This document shows, piece by piece, positions 10,565 through 19,661 of a stretch of DNA of 64,000 nt. This DNA is from an uncultured delta proteobacterium. Lineage in GTDB: Bacteria; Myxococcota_A; Polyangia; Palsa-1104. The position numbers and the translations under genes are program-made. The notes under the pieces are model-generated. The model was given only the letters and a program-made list of their open reading frames with translations. It was not told the origin of the DNA and did not search any database. The first letter of the stretch is position 1. Each line of letters begins with the position of its first letter. The stretch is taken from contig CAWAWS010000007.1 of the NCBI GenBank assembly GCA_963785725.1, forward strand, positions 416,001 through 480,000, given 5' to 3'.

Positions 10565-10656
10565 TACTGCGAAACTTCGGCCGTCTGCCTTGAGTGATTC
10601 GCGGGGACGGCCGGCGAAATAGGCCTCGATCGGCCTGGGTTTGCGGCGGGTCGTGC

Positions 10657-11646
10657 TCAGCCGGCGAGTAGCGCGGCCGCCGTCGCTGCGCCGCCGTCGT
10701 CGCCGGCACATGCGAGCGCCAGGGTGCCTTGGGCGGCGTGACTGAAGAATTCAGCGACGGCGATGAGCGGCGCCGCGCCCAATGTATTCCCGTCGCTGAC
10801 GGCGCTTCGTGCAGCGCTGGCGGCGGATGAGCCGGCATCCCATTCGCGCCCTTGCACGCGGGCGCGACGAGCGGCGGCGCCATCAGCGGGCGCAGCCAGG
10901 ACGCGCCCGAACGCGCCCGCCGGCAGATCGGCCGCCGCCAGCGTTCGCGCGATCGCGTCAGCGACGGCCGCCGCGCGCGCGCCGGCGTGAAACGCGGCCG
11001 CCGCCGCCAGCAGCCGCCCGCGTGGCGTCGCGCCCCGTCGCGCAGCATCGCCGGCTCGCTCGAGCAGCAGCGCGGCGCTGGCGTCGACCAGCGCCGCGTC
11101 GGCGTAAAGGGACGGCCCGTCCCCCGCCAAAATTCGCGTCAACAACGGCGTCGCCACCTCGGCCGCGCACACCAACACGCGGTCGGCGCGCCCACGCTCG
11201 ATCAGCGCCACTCCTTCGGCGAACGCGTCGAGCCCACTGGTCAAACCATTGCACCACGCCGTCGCCGGACCGCGTACGCCGTAGTGAATCGAGACCTCAC
11301 CGACGGGAGACGAGGGCAACGTGTACGCGAACAGGCGTGGGCTGGCGCCGAGCTGGCCGTCGCGAACCAAGCCGCGATAGTAGTCTTCGTTGGTCGCGTG
11401 GCAGCCGAAGGCGCTACCGAATACGATGGCCGTGCGCTCGCCGTCCCATTCGGGCGCAGTCGGCGCCAGCGCGCCGTCGAGCAGCGCGCCATCGCAGGCC
11501 ACGAGCGTCAGCGCGCACAGGCGATCCATGCGCGCCAGCCGTGCCTCTTTGCCGGCCCAGCGCGCCGGCGCGAGCGCGGCGCCCGGCATGACCGCAACCG
11601 CATACGCGCCCGTCACCACCACTTCGGTTCGCCGTTCTCGCGCCAT
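10657..11646 (-). CDS. beta-ketoacyl synthase-like protein lacking the catalytic Cys (chain-length-factor-like)
   Basis: RMDRL, GSAFG, SPRLFAYTLPS, GNTLGA. The usual TACAS motif aligns to NGLTS. Confidence 0.82.
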   Translation of the reverse strand: MARERRTEVVVTGAYAVAVMPGAALAPARWAGKEARLARMDRLCALTLVACDGALLDGALAPTAPEWDGERTAIVFGSAFGCHATNEDYYRGLVRDGQLGASPRLFAYTLPSSPVGEVSIHYGVRGPATAWCNGLTSGLDAFAEGVALIERGRADRVLVCAAEVATPLLTRILAGDGPSLYADAALVDASAALLLERAGDAARRGATPRGRLLAAAAAFHAGARAAAVADAIARTLAAADLPAGAFGRVLAAPADGAAARRARVQGREWDAGSSAASAARSAVSDGNTLGAAPLIAVAEFFSHAAQGTLALACAGDDGGAATAAALLAG

Positions 11647-11670
11647 CGCCAAGGCTGTAGAGTCTACGCA

Positions 11671-13725
11671 ATGCGGCAATCGGCGTCGATTTCGAAATGG
11701 TTAAACCAATCCTTGGCGCTGTTGCTGCTCGTCGCCGCCGGCTGCAGCAGCAAGCCAGTCGGCCCGCAGGCGGTCATGCAAGCGACGACGCCGCTCGACC
11801 TGCGCCTCTTGCCCTGGCCGTCGGATGCGCTGCTCGGCGACAACGGTAAGCTGCAGGTGGCGACGCCGTTCCCCTTCGATTCGCTCGTCGAGGACAATCT
11901 GACGCAGCTGGCGGCGTCGTTGTCGGAAGCGGACGGGTTTTCGTCGACGCGTTCGATCTTCTTCCCCGTCGACGCGGATGTCGTGCTCGACGCGGGCGCC
12001 GTCGCGACCGTGGCCGACCTCGACGACGCGACGCAGACGTGGAGCTTTCCGCTCTTTTATCGCGCGCCCTACAAGCAGCTCGTGGCCATGTCGCCGCTCG
12101 GGACGTCGCTGAAAGAGCACCACAACTACGGCTGCTGGATCACGAGCGGCGTTCACGATGCCGCCGGTCACGCGCTGCGGCCGTCGCCGACGATGCACGA
12201 TGCCATCGCTGGAAAAGGGGCGTTTGGCGGCAAGGCGTCCTATCAGAAGTTGGCGCAGCGTCTCGCTTCGTTAAAGGTCAAACCATTGGCGGCGACGGCG
12301 TTCACGACGCAGACGCTGACCGGCTGGGTGCCCAAGGTGCTCGACGATTTGACGGCCATGCCGCCGGTGGCGCACTTCACGCGGCTCTTCGCCTCGTCGG
12401 ACGACCTGCAGGATCTGTTCGGCGGCCCGGTGACGACGACGCTGCCGGGCCGTCCGGCGTCGGGCGGCGTGCTGCACGATCAGATCGGCTTCGTCCTCGA
12501 AGGCACCTACGACTCGCCGCACTATCTCGCGCCGACGCCGGATGTGCTCGGGCTGTTCGACGCCGCGCAATCGGTGCAGTCGGTCAACTCCATCCCGTTC
12601 ATATTGGTCCTACCAATTCGCGGCGACTATGCGAACACGCCGGTGGCGATTTTTCAGCACGGCATCGACAGCGACCGTTCGGCGGTGCTGTCGGTCGCCA
12701 ACGACTACGCGGCGCGCGGCTACGCCGTCCTCGGCATCGACGAGCTGTGGCATGGCTCGCGACTACCGGGCAACGTCGACAAGGTGTTCAACCTCTCCGG
12801 CGCGCCCGGCAGCGACGGCATCGGCGACCCGAGCAGCGGCGGCGCGGTGTCGTGGTTCTTCGACTTCAACGGCAACTCCAGCGCCGGCATCCTGTCGCTC
12901 GACGTGCGCTGCATTCGCGACAACTTCCGCCAAGCGACCGTCGATCTCATGCAGGAAGTGCGACTCGCGCGCAGCGGTGATTTCTCGTCGCTGGCGGCGG
13001 CCGACCCGCGCTTGGCGACGCTGACCATCGACGGGGCCGATCTCGTCTATACGTCGGAGTCGTTCGGCTCGATCTTGGGCGCGATCGTCGTCGCCGTCGA
13101 TCCGATGCTCGACTCGGCCGTGCTCGACGTCGGAGGCAGCGGCATGCTGGCCGATCTCGTGCCCAATTCGCCGGAGTTCGGCCCGCGACTGGCGCCGCTC
13201 GTCTCCAACGCGTTCGATATCGACGCCGATCTCGACGATCCCGACACGCTGCCCGTGCGCGCGCAAATGTCGTTCAACCTCTTGCAGCAGGTGCTCGATC
13301 CGGCCGACGGGCTCGCGCTTTCGTCGGGGTCGACCGCGAGCAAGAGCCTATTTTTCCTGCACGACTTCGCCGACGAGACGGTGCCGAATCAGGCGGAGGA
13401 GGCCTTGGCGCGCGCGTTCGGCGCCACGCAGGTCGTGCTCGCGCAGCAGTCTCATGCGCTCACGTACGTGACGTTGCCGACGACAGCGGCGCCGTATGCC
13501 GCTTCGCCGCTGCACGCCGTCGTCGAGTTGGCCGGCGCCGGCCACGGCATGTTCACGACGCAGGAAGGCACGCACAACTATCAGTTTCCGTTTCCGCCGT
13601 TCACGATGCTGCCGGCGGTGCAGCCGTTCGACGAGCCGACCGCGTTGGCGCACGCGCTGGCGCTCGACTTCATCGACAGCGTTCGCGCCGGCGCGCCCAG
13701 CATCACCGATCCGACCGCAAATTAA
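11671..13725 (+). CDS. large lipoprotein with alpha/beta-hydrolase (lipase-like) domain
   Basis: Lipobox LLVAAGC, then FQHGI, GIDELWHGSR, RDNFRQ and SESFG (nucleophile-elbow-like). Confidence 0.78.
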   Translation: MRQSASISKWLNQSLALLLLVAAGCSSKPVGPQAVMQATTPLDLRLLPWPSDALLGDNGKLQVATPFPFDSLVEDNLTQLAASLSEADGFSSTRSIFFPVDADVVLDAGAVATVADLDDATQTWSFPLFYRAPYKQLVAMSPLGTSLKEHHNYGCWITSGVHDAAGHALRPSPTMHDAIAGKGAFGGKASYQKLAQRLASLKVKPLAATAFTTQTLTGWVPKVLDDLTAMPPVAHFTRLFASSDDLQDLFGGPVTTTLPGRPASGGVLHDQIGFVLEGTYDSPHYLAPTPDVLGLFDAAQSVQSVNSIPFILVLPIRGDYANTPVAIFQHGIDSDRSAVLSVANDYAARGYAVLGIDELWHGSRLPGNVDKVFNLSGAPGSDGIGDPSSGGAVSWFFDFNGNSSAGILSLDVRCIRDNFRQATVDLMQEVRLARSGDFSSLAAADPRLATLTIDGADLVYTSESFGSILGAIVVAVDPMLDSAVLDVGGSGMLADLVPNSPEFGPRLAPLVSNAFDIDADLDDPDTLPVRAQMSFNLLQQVLDPADGLALSSGSTASKSLFFLHDFADETVPNQAEEALARAFGATQVVLAQQSHALTYVTLPTTAAPYAASPLHAVVELAGAGHGMFTTQEGTHNYQFPFPPFTMLPAVQPFDEPTALAHALALDFIDSVRAGAPSITDPTAN

Positions 13726-13762
13726 CGAGGCGCATAATGGTTAAACCAATCCAAGAAATGGT

Positions 13763-15004
13763 TTAACCATTGGCGCGAGTGAGGACGACGGCGGCGTTCG
13801 TGCCGCCGAAGCCGGACGACGTCGACAGCGCGACGCGCACGTCGGCGGCGCGCGGCGCGCCGTGCACGACGTCGAGCGCGATCTGCGGATCGATCTCACG
13901 CAGCCCAGCGGTGGGCGCGATCTGGCCGGCTTCGAGCGTGCGCACGCAGACGATCGCCTCCAACGCCGCCGCCGCGCCGAGCGTGTGGCCGAGCGCGCCC
14001 TTGACGGAATTGACCGGGATGGCCCCGGCGCGTTCGCCGAAGACGTGACGTAACGCGTGGCCTTCCATCAGATCGTTGAAGACGGTGGCGGTGCCGTGCG
14101 CGCTGACGAAGCCGACGGCGCCCGCGTCCTGGCCGGCGTCGACGAGCGCGGCCTGCATGGCGCGGGCGGCGCCGCGGCCTTCGCGGTCGGGCCCGGTCAT
14201 GTGCACGGCGTCGGCGGCGACGCCGCTGCCGTCGACGAAGGCGCGGATGCGGGCGCCGCGATCCCGCGCGTGCGGCTCGGCTTCGATGACGAGAAAGGCC
14301 GCCGCTTCGCCGAGGTTGAGACCGCGGCGGCTGCCATCGAACGGGCGACAGAGCTCGGCGTCGAGCGCTTTCAGGCAGGCGAAGCCTTGAATGACGAAGT
14401 CGTGCAGCGCGTCGGCGCCGCCGGCGAGCACGACGTCACAGCGGCCGCTGCGGATGAGCGCCAGGGCGGCGTCGATCGCGACGTTACCCGACGCGCAGGC
14501 CACCGAGGGCACGACGAGCGGGCCGCGCGCGTCGACGGCCGCGGCGACGGCTTGCGCCGGACCGGCGTAGCCCCAGCCTTGCGGCGCGCGCAGTGGTGCG
14601 GTTGATGGTTCAACCATTGCGTCGATTGGTTCAACCACTGCGCCGATTGGTTTAACCATTGACGCGCCCGCTTCGACGTCGGCGCGAACGAGCGGCAGCC
14701 ACGACGCGATGCCGCCCAGCGTCGTGCCGCAGGCGACGGCGAGCCGCGGGCCGCGCGGGACGTTGCCGGCGTCGGCGAGCGCCTCTTCCGCGGCCCAGCG
14801 CGCCAACGTCGCGGCGCGCGACGGCGCCGTCAGCGGTAAAGCTTCGACGAGCGCCACGGGGCCGACGCGCAGGCCGACGGCGCTCAGCTGCGGCTGCTCG
14901 CGCATGGCGCGCTCGCCGTCGAGCAGTGCCGTCCACAGCCGCTCGACGCCGCGGCCGAAGCCCGTTACCGCGCCCATTCCCGTGACGACCGCGCGAATGC
15001 TCAC
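13763..15004 (-). CDS. beta-ketoacyl-ACP synthase (FabF-like)
   Basis: VVTGMG, ACASG, CRPFD, GEAAA, HGTAT, GHTLGAA, SGFGG. Confidence 0.95.
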   Translation of the reverse strand: MSIRAVVTGMGAVTGFGRGVERLWTALLDGERAMREQPQLSAVGLRVGPVALVEALPLTAPSRAATLARWAAEEALADAGNVPRGPRLAVACGTTLGGIASWLPLVRADVEAGASMVKPIGAVVEPIDAMVEPSTAPLRAPQGWGYAGPAQAVAAAVDARGPLVVPSVACASGNVAIDAALALIRSGRCDVVLAGGADALHDFVIQGFACLKALDAELCRPFDGSRRGLNLGEAAAFLVIEAEPHARDRGARIRAFVDGSGVAADAVHMTGPDREGRGAARAMQAALVDAGQDAGAVGFVSAHGTATVFNDLMEGHALRHVFGERAGAIPVNSVKGALGHTLGAAAALEAIVCVRTLEAGQIAPTAGLREIDPQIALDVVHGAPRAADVRVALSTSSGFGGTNAAVVLTRANG

Positions 15005-15099
15005 GGACGCTCGCTGGCCGCCGAATGTTCCGGCTCGAGCGCGCTCACGGCCGGCTGCGGGTAGGGCGCCGTCACCGCGAGCCGTTTACCGCGCGCGCC

Positions 15100-15385
15100 G
15101 TCGGCGGCCCGCCATCGCAGACTGAGGGCCGCGCAGCCGCCGTCGCTGGCGCTGCCGGGCACTGCTGCGGCGGATTCCAGAAGTCGAGCTCTGCCGATAG
15201 TCCACCGCAAGCTCAGGGCCGCGCAGCCGCCGTCGCTGGCGTCGCCCGGCAGTGCCGGGGCTGCCGCTGCGGATTCCGGAAGTCGAGCTCCGCCGACGGC
15301 CAAACGCAGCAGGCTCACGGCGCCGTCGCCGTCGCTGGCGTCGCCGGCACTGCCCGCACCGGCTGCGGCGGATTCCAGAAGTCGA
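15100..15385. repeat. three diverged ~100-bp copies of the acyltransferase 3' end
   Basis: GCGGATTCC(A/G)GAAGTCGA recurs at about 15170, 15269 and 15368, with CCGTCGCTGGCG in each copy. Confidence 0.8.
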
Positions 15386-16271
15386 AGAAGTTGAACCATT
15401 GCTCCGGATACTGCCGCACGTACCGTTCGTACACGGCCACGATACGCGCCGTCGCCTCGCGCACGTCGGCGTCGCGATCGCTCGTATGCGCCACTTCGAT
15501 CGGCGGCTCGACGTGAAACGTACAGTGCGTGCGCGTCTGGTCGGCGATGATGAACGTCGGCAAGAGCGGCGAGCCCGTCGCGCGCGCCAACGTCGCCGGC
15601 CCCAGCGGAAACGGCGCGTCGTGCCCGCAAAACGGCAGCCGCACATGCGGCCCGCCGGTGAAGCGATCCATCTGCATCCCGACGAGCTCGCCGCGACGCA
15701 GCACGCGCGCCAGATCGAGCGTCGCGAACGGCGAGCGCGTCGTGTACACGATGCTGAATTTCTCGCGAAACTGCCGCTCCCACTCGCCGGTGCCTTGGTT
15801 CGGCTCCTCGGCCATCGCCATCGTCAGCGGCGGATAACTCTTACGCTTCATCAAGATCGGCGCGATCTGCCAAAAGCCGAGATGCCCCGTGACGACGACG
15901 GCGCCGCGCCCCTCCTGCTGCAGCTTCGTGATGTGCTCTTGCCCGAGCGTCACCGCGTCGACGGGAACCGCTTGCCCGGCGTGCAGCGCGTACATGTTGG
16001 CGATCGACTGCGCGTAGTTCACGAAGAGGCGAAAGCTGCGCGCCTTCGTCTCCAGCGGATTGGTAGGACCAATGACGCGCTCGAGATTGGCCTCGATTAC
16101 GCGCCGCGCGCGCGGCACCAACACATAGAAAATACCGGCCCAGAACGGCATCGTCGCCCGCTGCAGCGGATGCGAAATGTTGCGAATACCGGCCATCATC
16201 ACCCGGCGGTAGAACGGACCTTCGAAGCGATGGCGAAACGCTTGAGCTGCTGACTGTTTCCGACTGCGCAT
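15315..16271 (-). CDS. lysophospholipid/LpxL-type acyltransferase
   Basis: TGHLGFWQ, MQMDR, PFPLGPA, YPEQWFNF. Confidence 0.9.
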   Translation of the reverse strand: MRSRKQSAAQAFRHRFEGPFYRRVMMAGIRNISHPLQRATMPFWAGIFYVLVPRARRVIEANLERVIGPTNPLETKARSFRLFVNYAQSIANMYALHAGQAVPVDAVTLGQEHITKLQQEGRGAVVVTGHLGFWQIAPILMKRKSYPPLTMAMAEEPNQGTGEWERQFREKFSIVYTTRSPFATLDLARVLRRGELVGMQMDRFTGGPHVRLPFCGHDAPFPLGPATLARATGSPLLPTFIIADQTRTHCTFHVEPPIEVAHTSDRDADVREATARIVAVYERYVRQYPEQWFNFFDFWNPPQPVRAVPATPATATAP

Positions 16272-16289
16272 ACGGACGCGCAGTATCCC

Positions 16290-19200
16290 CTAAAGTCGTG
16301 CGGGCGTCACGTCGCGCAAGAGCAGCACGTGATCGAGCTCGATCGCCGATCCTTCGCGCTTGAGCTCGATGCGAATTGGTTTAACCATTTCTGAAATTGG
16401 TTTAACCATTCTCGCTTCCTGGTAACGCGGGCCCAACGTCAGCGGCGGCAGCGCCACGCCGTCGACGATGACCGTCAGCTGCGCGTTGTCGCCGAGGGCC
16501 CGCGCGCGCACGAGGATGACGTCGGCGCCCGCCGGCGCGACCGCGCGCAGCGACGCCGTGGGCGCGTCGAGCGTACAGCTGCTCGCGCCCAGCCACTGCT
16601 CGAGCGCGGCTTCGACGGCCGGGACGCGCCCGTGGCGACAGACGAGATCGATGCCACCGACGGTCGACGGCGGCGGCGCGGCTGGCAGCGGCGCGTCGGT
16701 GACGCGCGAGGCCTGCATGATCGGCCGCGGCGACGGGCGCGCATGCACGGGCGGACGAAAGCTGTTCGGCGCCCACGTCGTCGTCGCGACCGCGCCGAGG
16801 CGAACGAGCGCTTCGCTGGCGCGCGGCAGCGGCGGCTCGGCGGCGGCGGCCGCCGCCAGCGCGTCGACGGCACGCGCGTCGCCGGCGAGACCGAGCGCCC
16901 AGGCCAGATCGACGCGCGCGTCGTCGTGATCTTCGACGGCAAAACGATCGAGCAGAGCCCCGGCGGCGCGACGATCGCCGACTCGTCCGGCGATGCGACC
17001 GACGGAGACGTAAGCGGCGCCGCGTACGCGCGGGTCGGCGGCGACGCTCCACAAGGCGGCGACATCGCCGGCGCCGCCGACGAAGCCGAGGTAGTGCGCG
17101 GCTTCGCGCTGCAGCGCCGCGGCGGCGCTGTCGCCTTCGGCGAACGGGCGACGACAGATCGCGGCCAAGCGCGGCGCCGCGGCGTCGTCGCGCAGACGGC
17201 CGAGCATGAGGGCGGCGCGATCGCCGTAGGCATCGTCGTCGACGAGCGCGCGCAACGCGGCGCGGGCGCGCGCGTCGCTGAGCTGGCCGAGCGCGAGCGC
17301 GGCTTCGGCGCGCACGGCGGGATCGCGGTCGGCGAGCGCGGCTTGTAACGCGGCCGCGGCGGCGAAGGCTTCGCGCTCGCCGAGCTCGCGGGCGGCTTGG
17401 GCGCGCGTGGCCGCCGGCTGCGTCGGGTCGCCGAGGCGCGTCGCCAGCAGCGACGGCGGCGATTGGTTCAACCATTGGCCGAGCGCCGCGCGCAGCTCGC
17501 CGCCGACGTCGGCGTGCACATCGTAGGCATTCCGCATTTCGCGCGGATCGGACTGCAGATCGTAGAGCTCGTCGACGTCGCGGCGCAGATCGTGAATCAG
17601 CTTCCACGGCCAACGCAGCAGCATGCGACGCGTGTGCACGGCCGCGACGACGTCGCGCGGCGCCGGGTCGAGCGGCGGCAGCGGGCGGCCGTCGCCGGCG
17701 CTGGGTGGCAAGCCGGCGAGCGCGGCCAGCGTCGGGGCGACGTCGACGAGCGACACCGGCGTGGCGATCGTCACAGCCGGCAAGAGCGCGCGGCCGACGA
17801 CGGTGACGACGAGCGGCACGCGCAGCTGCTCGTCGTAGACCGAAGAGCCGTGATACGCGCCGCCATGCTCGCCGAACTCCTCGCCGTGATCGCCGGTGAT
17901 GACGAGCAAGGTCGGGCGCGCCAAATTGGTTAAACCATTAATGAGGCGAGCGAGCGCGCCATCGACGGCGGCGACTTCGGCGTCATAACGAGCCAGTGGC
18001 GGCGCATCGGCGGGCAGGCCATGCAGCTCGTAAGGCTCGTGCGGATCGAAGTAGTGGACCCACAAGAGCGAGCGCGGCTCACCATCGGCGACGAGCTGCT
18101 GCACGCGCGTCAACACGGCGTCGGTCAGCTCCTCCGCGGGCAGCGTGCGCGTGTCGACCCATTCGAAGCCGAAATGATCGTTGGCGTACGGTAGAAGTGG
18201 CCCGCCGCCGTCGAAGAAGAGGCCGGCGGGGAAGAATGCGGCCGTCAGCCAGCCTTGGGCGCGCGCGATCTGCGCCAGCGTCGGTGGGCGCGCGTCGAGG
18301 TGCGACGGGTGGTGGGCGGTGAGCAGCGCCGTGATCGACGCGGCTGTCGAGGGTGCCGTGGCGTAGGCGCGGCTGAAGGCGAGGCTGTGCGCGGTGGCTG
18401 CGGCGACGAGCGGCATGTGCTCCGGCCGCAGGCGATCGGCGCGCAACGCGTCGACGGTAACGATGACGACGTGCGCGTCGCCGAGCGGCGCGGCGGCCTG
18501 CGCCCAGATGTCGGCGAGATCGGCGTCGGCGCGGTTCAGGGGCGCAAGATTGGTTAAACCATTCGCCGCGGCGGCGGTTGCGCCGGTCGTCACGCCCGGC
18601 GCCGACGGCGCGCCGTTCTTGGCGGCCGCAGCCGTCGTCGCCGCCGGGCGAAGAGCCGTCGCAGGCTGACTCAGCGAGCGCGCGACGAATGGTTTAACCA
18701 TTGTCACGGCGTCGAGGACGAGCGCGGTAGCCGGCGCTTGCGCGTTGGCCACGAAGCGCGTGTTGGCGCTGACGTCGACGAGAGTGCGACCGGCGAGCAA
18801 GAGCAGCACGCCGGCGAAAGACGCGACGGCGGACGATCGCCAGCGACGCCAGCTGCGCCAGTCGGCGGGCAGGCGCGGCTTGGCGGCGCCGAGCGCGCAC
18901 GCGAGCGCGACGAAACCGATGGCGAGCAGCGTCGCGCGCAGCGACGGGTAGAGGCGGCGGGGCAAGAGCGCTTCGAAGGCGAGCGTCGCCGCGCCGGCGG
19001 CGGCGAGCAGGACGCGGCCGAGTGGCGCGCGGCCGACGTGGAGCCGCGCGATCGACGGCAGCAGCCACAGCGCGGCGGAGATGGTGGCGGCGAGCAGCGC
19101 CGGCGCCGCGCGGCCGAGTCGCGCTTGCGCCAGATGGGTGGACGACAGCGCGATGCCGAGTGGAATGCCGGCGACGACGGCAGCGGCGGCGCGCGCGATC

Positions 19201-19661
19201 CGATCGGCTGCGAGCGCACGCGCACGCGCAAGTGCCGACGGCGCGCCGAGCGTCGTCGGCGATGACGGATTGCGAGCGGCATCCGCGACGTCGCCAACAG
19301 CGCGCGCAACATCGTGGTCGGAAGACGCGCCGTCGCGATCGGAAAGCGCGACGTTGCGAGCGGAAGACGCGCCGTCGCGATCGGAAAGCGCGACGTCGCG
19401 AGCGGAAGACCCGACGTCGCGAACGTTGCGAGCGGAAGACGCGCCGTCGTGGTCGGATGTCGCGACCTCGCGCCTGGCACCGGCCGTGAGCGCGCGCAGC
19501 CATGGCGTGAGGAGCAGCGCCGTGCCGCAGGCCAGCGCGAACGCGCCCGACCACAACGCCGCGCGCTCGCCGACACTGGCCCAAGCGCGCCGCAGCATGA
19601 GCACGTCGACCGTCGCCACCATCGCCGCGGCCCACAGCGCCGCCCGTCGGGTCGCATGCAT
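16290..19661 (-). CDS. membrane-anchored sulfatase/alkaline-phosphatase-superfamily protein with HEAT-like repeats
   Basis: N-terminal TM helices, then TVDALRAD, APSTAAS, WVHYFDPHEPY, GDHGEEFGEHG, LRVPL and DPAVRAEAALALG-type repeats. Start at 19661 is inferred. Confidence 0.85.
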   Translation of the reverse strand: MHATRRAALWAAAMVATVDVLMLRRAWASVGERAALWSGAFALACGTALLLTPWLRALTAGARREVATSDHDGASSARNVRDVGSSARDVALSDRDGASSARNVALSDRDGASSDHDVARAVGDVADAARNPSSPTTLGAPSALARARALAADRIARAAAAVVAGIPLGIALSSTHLAQARLGRAAPALLAATISAALWLLPSIARLHVGRAPLGRVLLAAAGAATLAFEALLPRRLYPSLRATLLAIGFVALACALGAAKPRLPADWRSWRRWRSSAVASFAGVLLLLAGRTLVDVSANTRFVANAQAPATALVLDAVTMVKPFVARSLSQPATALRPAATTAAAAKNGAPSAPGVTTGATAAAANGLTNLAPLNRADADLADIWAQAAAPLGDAHVVIVTVDALRADRLRPEHMPLVAAATAHSLAFSRAYATAPSTAASITALLTAHHPSHLDARPPTLAQIARAQGWLTAAFFPAGLFFDGGGPLLPYANDHFGFEWVDTRTLPAEELTDAVLTRVQQLVADGEPRSLLWVHYFDPHEPYELHGLPADAPPLARYDAEVAAVDGALARLINGLTNLARPTLLVITGDHGEEFGEHGGAYHGSSVYDEQLRVPLVVTVVGRALLPAVTIATPVSLVDVAPTLAALAGLPPSAGDGRPLPPLDPAPRDVVAAVHTRRMLLRWPWKLIHDLRRDVDELYDLQSDPREMRNAYDVHADVGGELRAALGQWLNQSPPSLLATRLGDPTQPAATRAQAARELGEREAFAAAAALQAALADRDPAVRAEAALALGQLSDARARAALRALVDDDAYGDRAALMLGRLRDDAAAPRLAAICRRPFAEGDSAAAALQREAAHYLGFVGGAGDVAALWSVAADPRVRGAAYVSVGRIAGRVGDRRAAGALLDRFAVEDHDDARVDLAWALGLAGDARAVDALAAAAAAEPPLPRASEALVRLGAVATTTWAPNSFRPPVHARPSPRPIMQASRVTDAPLPAAPPPSTVGGIDLVCRHGRVPAVEAALEQWLGASSCTLDAPTASLRAVAPAGADVILVRARALGDNAQLTVIVDGVALPPLTLGPRYQEARMVKPISEMVKPIRIELKREGSAIELDHVLLLRDVTPARL

